From Tortispora ganteri (taxonomy: Eukaryota): a DNA stretch of 64,000 bases. The notes below the pieces were generated by a model, which was not told the origin of the DNA, searched no databases, and was given only the letters and a program-made list of their open reading frames with translations. The stretch lies in contig PPNB01000008.1 of the NCBI GenBank assembly GCA_003707115.1, positions 1 through 64,000 of the forward strand. The letters run 5' to 3'. The translations under genes were made by a program, and so were the position numbers. Below, piece by piece: positions 61,317 through 64,000 of the stretch. Each line of letters starts with the position of its first letter. The stretch's first letter is position 1.

Positions 61317-64000
61317 ATGTCTCAAAGACCTGCTTCACAGCAGTCCTCTATAACTGTCACAGTGAGAGTCAGACCTTTTACGGAATCTGAAACAGCTAGA
61401 CTAGCTCCTATTCCTGATCAAAATGTGTTTCTCGGAGATGGCTCTTTGGCAAGTACCTCCCAGGCACTTCCCATATATGGAGCAAATCGTCTAAGAAAAC
61501 TCATCAACGTTGTTGACGACAGAATGCTGATATTTGATCCTCCAGAAACTAACCCTGTGGTAAAAATGCATAAAGCACTGCTCCCGTCAAGCGTTAAGCG
61601 ATCAAGAGAGTACAAGTTTGTATTTGATCGGCTCTTTGACGAGACCGCTACTCAAGACGATGTTTATCAGAACACAACTAGGCCTCTATTGGATAGCGTG
61701 TTGGATGGGTATAATGCTACCGTATTCGCCTATGGTGCAACTGGTTGCGGTAAAACTCACACTATTAGCGGTACCCCGGATGATCCAGGTGTCATCTTCC
61801 TCACAATGAAGGAACTTTTCAATCGTATAGAGGAGCAATCTGCAGATAAAGTGGTCGAACTCTCATTGTCATACTTGGAAATTTATAACGAAACTATTAA
61901 GGATTTGCTGGACCCCTCTAGCAAGAACCTTATATTGCGTGAAGACGAGAATAGAAAGATAACCGTCTCTAACTTGAGCTCACATTCACCGCACTGTGTT
62001 GAGGAGGTCATGGAAATGATTCTGAAGGGTAACGAAAATCGTACCATGTCACCTACTGAAGCAAATGCCACGTCTTCTCGCTCTCATGCCGTTCTTCAAA
62101 TTAATATAGTTCAACGTGACCGTACCGCAGCCTTAACCGAAGCGCATACATTTGCAACGCTCTCTATCATTGATCTTGCCGGCAGTGAACGAGCGTCAGC
62201 GACGAAAAATCGCGGTGAACGTCTTCTTGAAGGAGCAAATATTAACAAATCGTTGCTTGCTTTAGGAAATTGCATCAACGCCCTTTGTGACCCAAAGCGT
62301 CACAATCATGTTCCTTATAGAGATTCTAAATTGACGCGTCTTTTGAAATTCTCACTTGGAGGAAATTGCAAAACAGTGATGATTGTTTGTGTCAGTCCTT
62401 CCAGTCAGCATTATGATGAAACGTTGAATACTCTAAAGTACGCAGACCGCGCTAAGAAGATAAAAACCAAAGTGACGAGAAATGAACATAACCTGGATCG
62501 CCATGTAGGTTCATATCTAAAGATGATTGCCGAGCTACGTGCCGAAATCAGTGAGCTGAAAGAGAAGTCTGTTCATGATAATTCGGTTTTAAGGAAGCCA
62601 ATGGGTAAGCTTGAAGAAAATTGGGATCGAGCTTTCAAAGCAGCGACTGCTAAACTTCTCAATCTTCATAATGATCAAATGACTACACGCGAACAGAGGG
62701 TCAATCAAATAAAGAGACAACGTCAGTGTAAATGGCAGATAATGCTTTTAAATCATTGGATTTCAGCTGCGGATTTGTTACTTAATACTCCAGAATTTAC
62801 ACCTTACATCCCTGAAATGTCGAACGCTGTTAGTGAAGCAGAGACTCTTCTTGGTAATTTAACATCAGAATCAGAAGCACTTGCTTCTAGCATTGGCACT
62901 ATCGCTATTGGTGAGAAAAAATTTGATGATCAAGTGAGCTCTTTAACCAGAAAATTGCAAGAAACTGACAAGTGTTCACCTATATATTTATCTGCGTTTA
63001 CAGCATATGCAGAAAAACTTAAAGTGATTGCTGAAAAGCAGATTGCAGAAGGTAGTGTATACGAACCGGCTACTGATTCAGAAGGTCCGATTGCATACAA
63101 GGATGCGATAACTTCTCTATCATCGCGTCTTTCAAGTATAGTGTTGAACTGTACACAGAATCTGAGCATTGAAGGAGAGCAAGTGCTGCGTGGACTCTCA
63201 GAAGATCTTATGGGGTGGTATAAAAACATAACTTCATGCGTGGAAAAGAGTGAAGATGAATTGATGAATAATTCATTGGCATTTAGGCCGATTATGCCTA
63301 GTGCTGATGCACGGCTCCTGAGCCCAAGCAGAAAGCAGCATAAGACATTTGGCGTTCGTCAACTTGGCAAAGTTGTAATACCACTTTCACCTTCAAAGAC
63401 ATTGAAACGATCTGCAGTTAAAGCAGGAGTGGTGATTTCTTCACCTAAAGCAAGGAAGAAATCAACGAAACAAGTACGCTGGCGCGATGAGAAACTACAA
63501 GAGTGCCTTTCTCCCGTTAAAAATTTTCCAGAAGATACTTCAGATGTTAATAAAACAAGGCAAGAAAAGTCTCTGCCTCCATATAAAGACACTGCTACCA
63601 ATTCGAAATTCAGTGAGGCGCATGCTAAAGAAAAGAAGGATCAAGAGGATGAGAATGTGGATTCAGACATCGATGAGTTGCCTGAGATTCCCAAGCTGAA
63701 TTTTCCCAACCTTGTCAAGATGAGGAGTGAGAATGTCGAGATGGTTGATGAACCTGCGGAGATCAAGGCAGTCACGGAGACTCTGTTGTCAGTGACAAAA
63801 GAATTTGACTCAGCGAAACCGGTGTCGCATGTGAACGTAGCACTCGGACAGGATTCCAACAAAATCCAACGGCAGCTAGATCGTCCTATAAAACGGCACA
63901 GTTTGTCTGTTGATCTGAGAAGCACACCACTGGATAAAGAGAATGCGGCAGGTATTGCTGAAAACCGCAGAGTGTCTTCTTTGGGGCTGCCATCACGATT
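61317..64000 (+). CDS. KIP3: Kinesin-8 (3'-partial)
   Basis: MSQRPASQQSSITVTVRVRPF, FAYGATGCGKTHTISG, EANATSSRSHAVLQI, IDLAGSERASAT, HVPYRDSKLTRLLKFSLGGNCKT. It appears to run off the window, which would explain its absence from the ORF track. Confidence 0.93.
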   Translation, partial: MSQRPASQQSSITVTVRVRPFTESETARLAPIPDQNVFLGDGSLASTSQALPIYGANRLRKLINVVDDRMLIFDPPETNPVVKMHKALLPSSVKRSREYKFVFDRLFDETATQDDVYQNTTRPLLDSVLDGYNATVFAYGATGCGKTHTISGTPDDPGVIFLTMKELFNRIEEQSADKVVELSLSYLEIYNETIKDLLDPSSKNLILREDENRKITVSNLSSHSPHCVEEVMEMILKGNENRTMSPTEANATSSRSHAVLQINIVQRDRTAALTEAHTFATLSIIDLAGSERASATKNRGERLLEGANINKSLLALGNCINALCDPKRHNHVPYRDSKLTRLLKFSLGGNCKTVMIVCVSPSSQHYDETLNTLKYADRAKKIKTKVTRNEHNLDRHVGSYLKMIAELRAEISELKEKSVHDNSVLRKPMGKLEENWDRAFKAATAKLLNLHNDQMTTREQRVNQIKRQRQCKWQIMLLNHWISAADLLLNTPEFTPYIPEMSNAVSEAETLLGNLTSESEALASSIGTIAIGEKKFDDQVSSLTRKLQETDKCSPIYLSAFTAYAEKLKVIAEKQIAEGSVYEPATDSEGPIAYKDAITSLSSRLSSIVLNCTQNLSIEGEQVLRGLSEDLMGWYKNITSCVEKSEDELMNNSLAFRPIMPSADARLLSPSRKQHKTFGVRQLGKVVIPLSPSKTLKRSAVKAGVVISSPKARKKSTKQVRWRDEKLQECLSPVKNFPEDTSDVNKTRQEKSLPPYKDTATNSKFSEAHAKEKKDQEDENVDSDIDELPEIPKLNFPNLVKMRSENVEMVDEPAEIKAVTETLLSVTKEFDSAKPVSHVNVALGQDSNKIQRQLDRPIKRHSLSVDLRSTPLDKENAAGIAENRRVSSLGLPSR

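Overview
Very gene-dense fungal chromosome segment, most likely a budding yeast (Saccharomycotina) using the standard code (CTG encodes conserved Leu, e.g. NBP35 [10 protein letters not shown]); the species cannot be determined from the sequence. It carries about 33 protein genes: SLX5 (partial), PNG1, RIM4, choline kinase, a DUR31-type transporter, an APH-like kinase, NIPA, RMR1-like, a short RET2, PDE1, KGD4, MSS51, USA1-like, RPS22, UTP10, YAE1, TOR, a thioesterase, TFB2, a TFIIS-M-only protein, NBP35, RPL1, LEO1, SSD1, RBG2, GLE1, LSM8, MOB2, VRP1, BGL2, IQG1, KIP3 (partial) and several orphans. Four spliced genes are missed or mis-started by the ORF track (DUR31-type, KGD4, RPS22, LSM8). 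The richest signal is in the non-coding RNA layer: (i) an intronic TPP riboswitch in the DUR31-type transporter; (ii) H/ACA snR44 in RPS22 intron 2, plus an unexplained ACA-terminated hairpin in the RPS22 5'UTR intron; (iii) four introns starting 54 nt after the NBP35 stop, each holding a C/D snoRNA (snR57, snR55, snR61 and an unassigned fourth), separated by an overlapping acceptor/donor (stwintron-like), a 43-nt exon and a 1-nt exon; (iv) an snR37-like H/ACA RNA; (v) tRNA-Val(CAC). Promoters show Tbf1/Cbf1 modules at ribosomal protein genes and a shared CCAAT + X-box + forkhead module upstream of IQG1 and KIP3. No mobile elements or CRISPR arrays were seen. All identifications come from reading the sequence and recalling family motifs; no searches were run.
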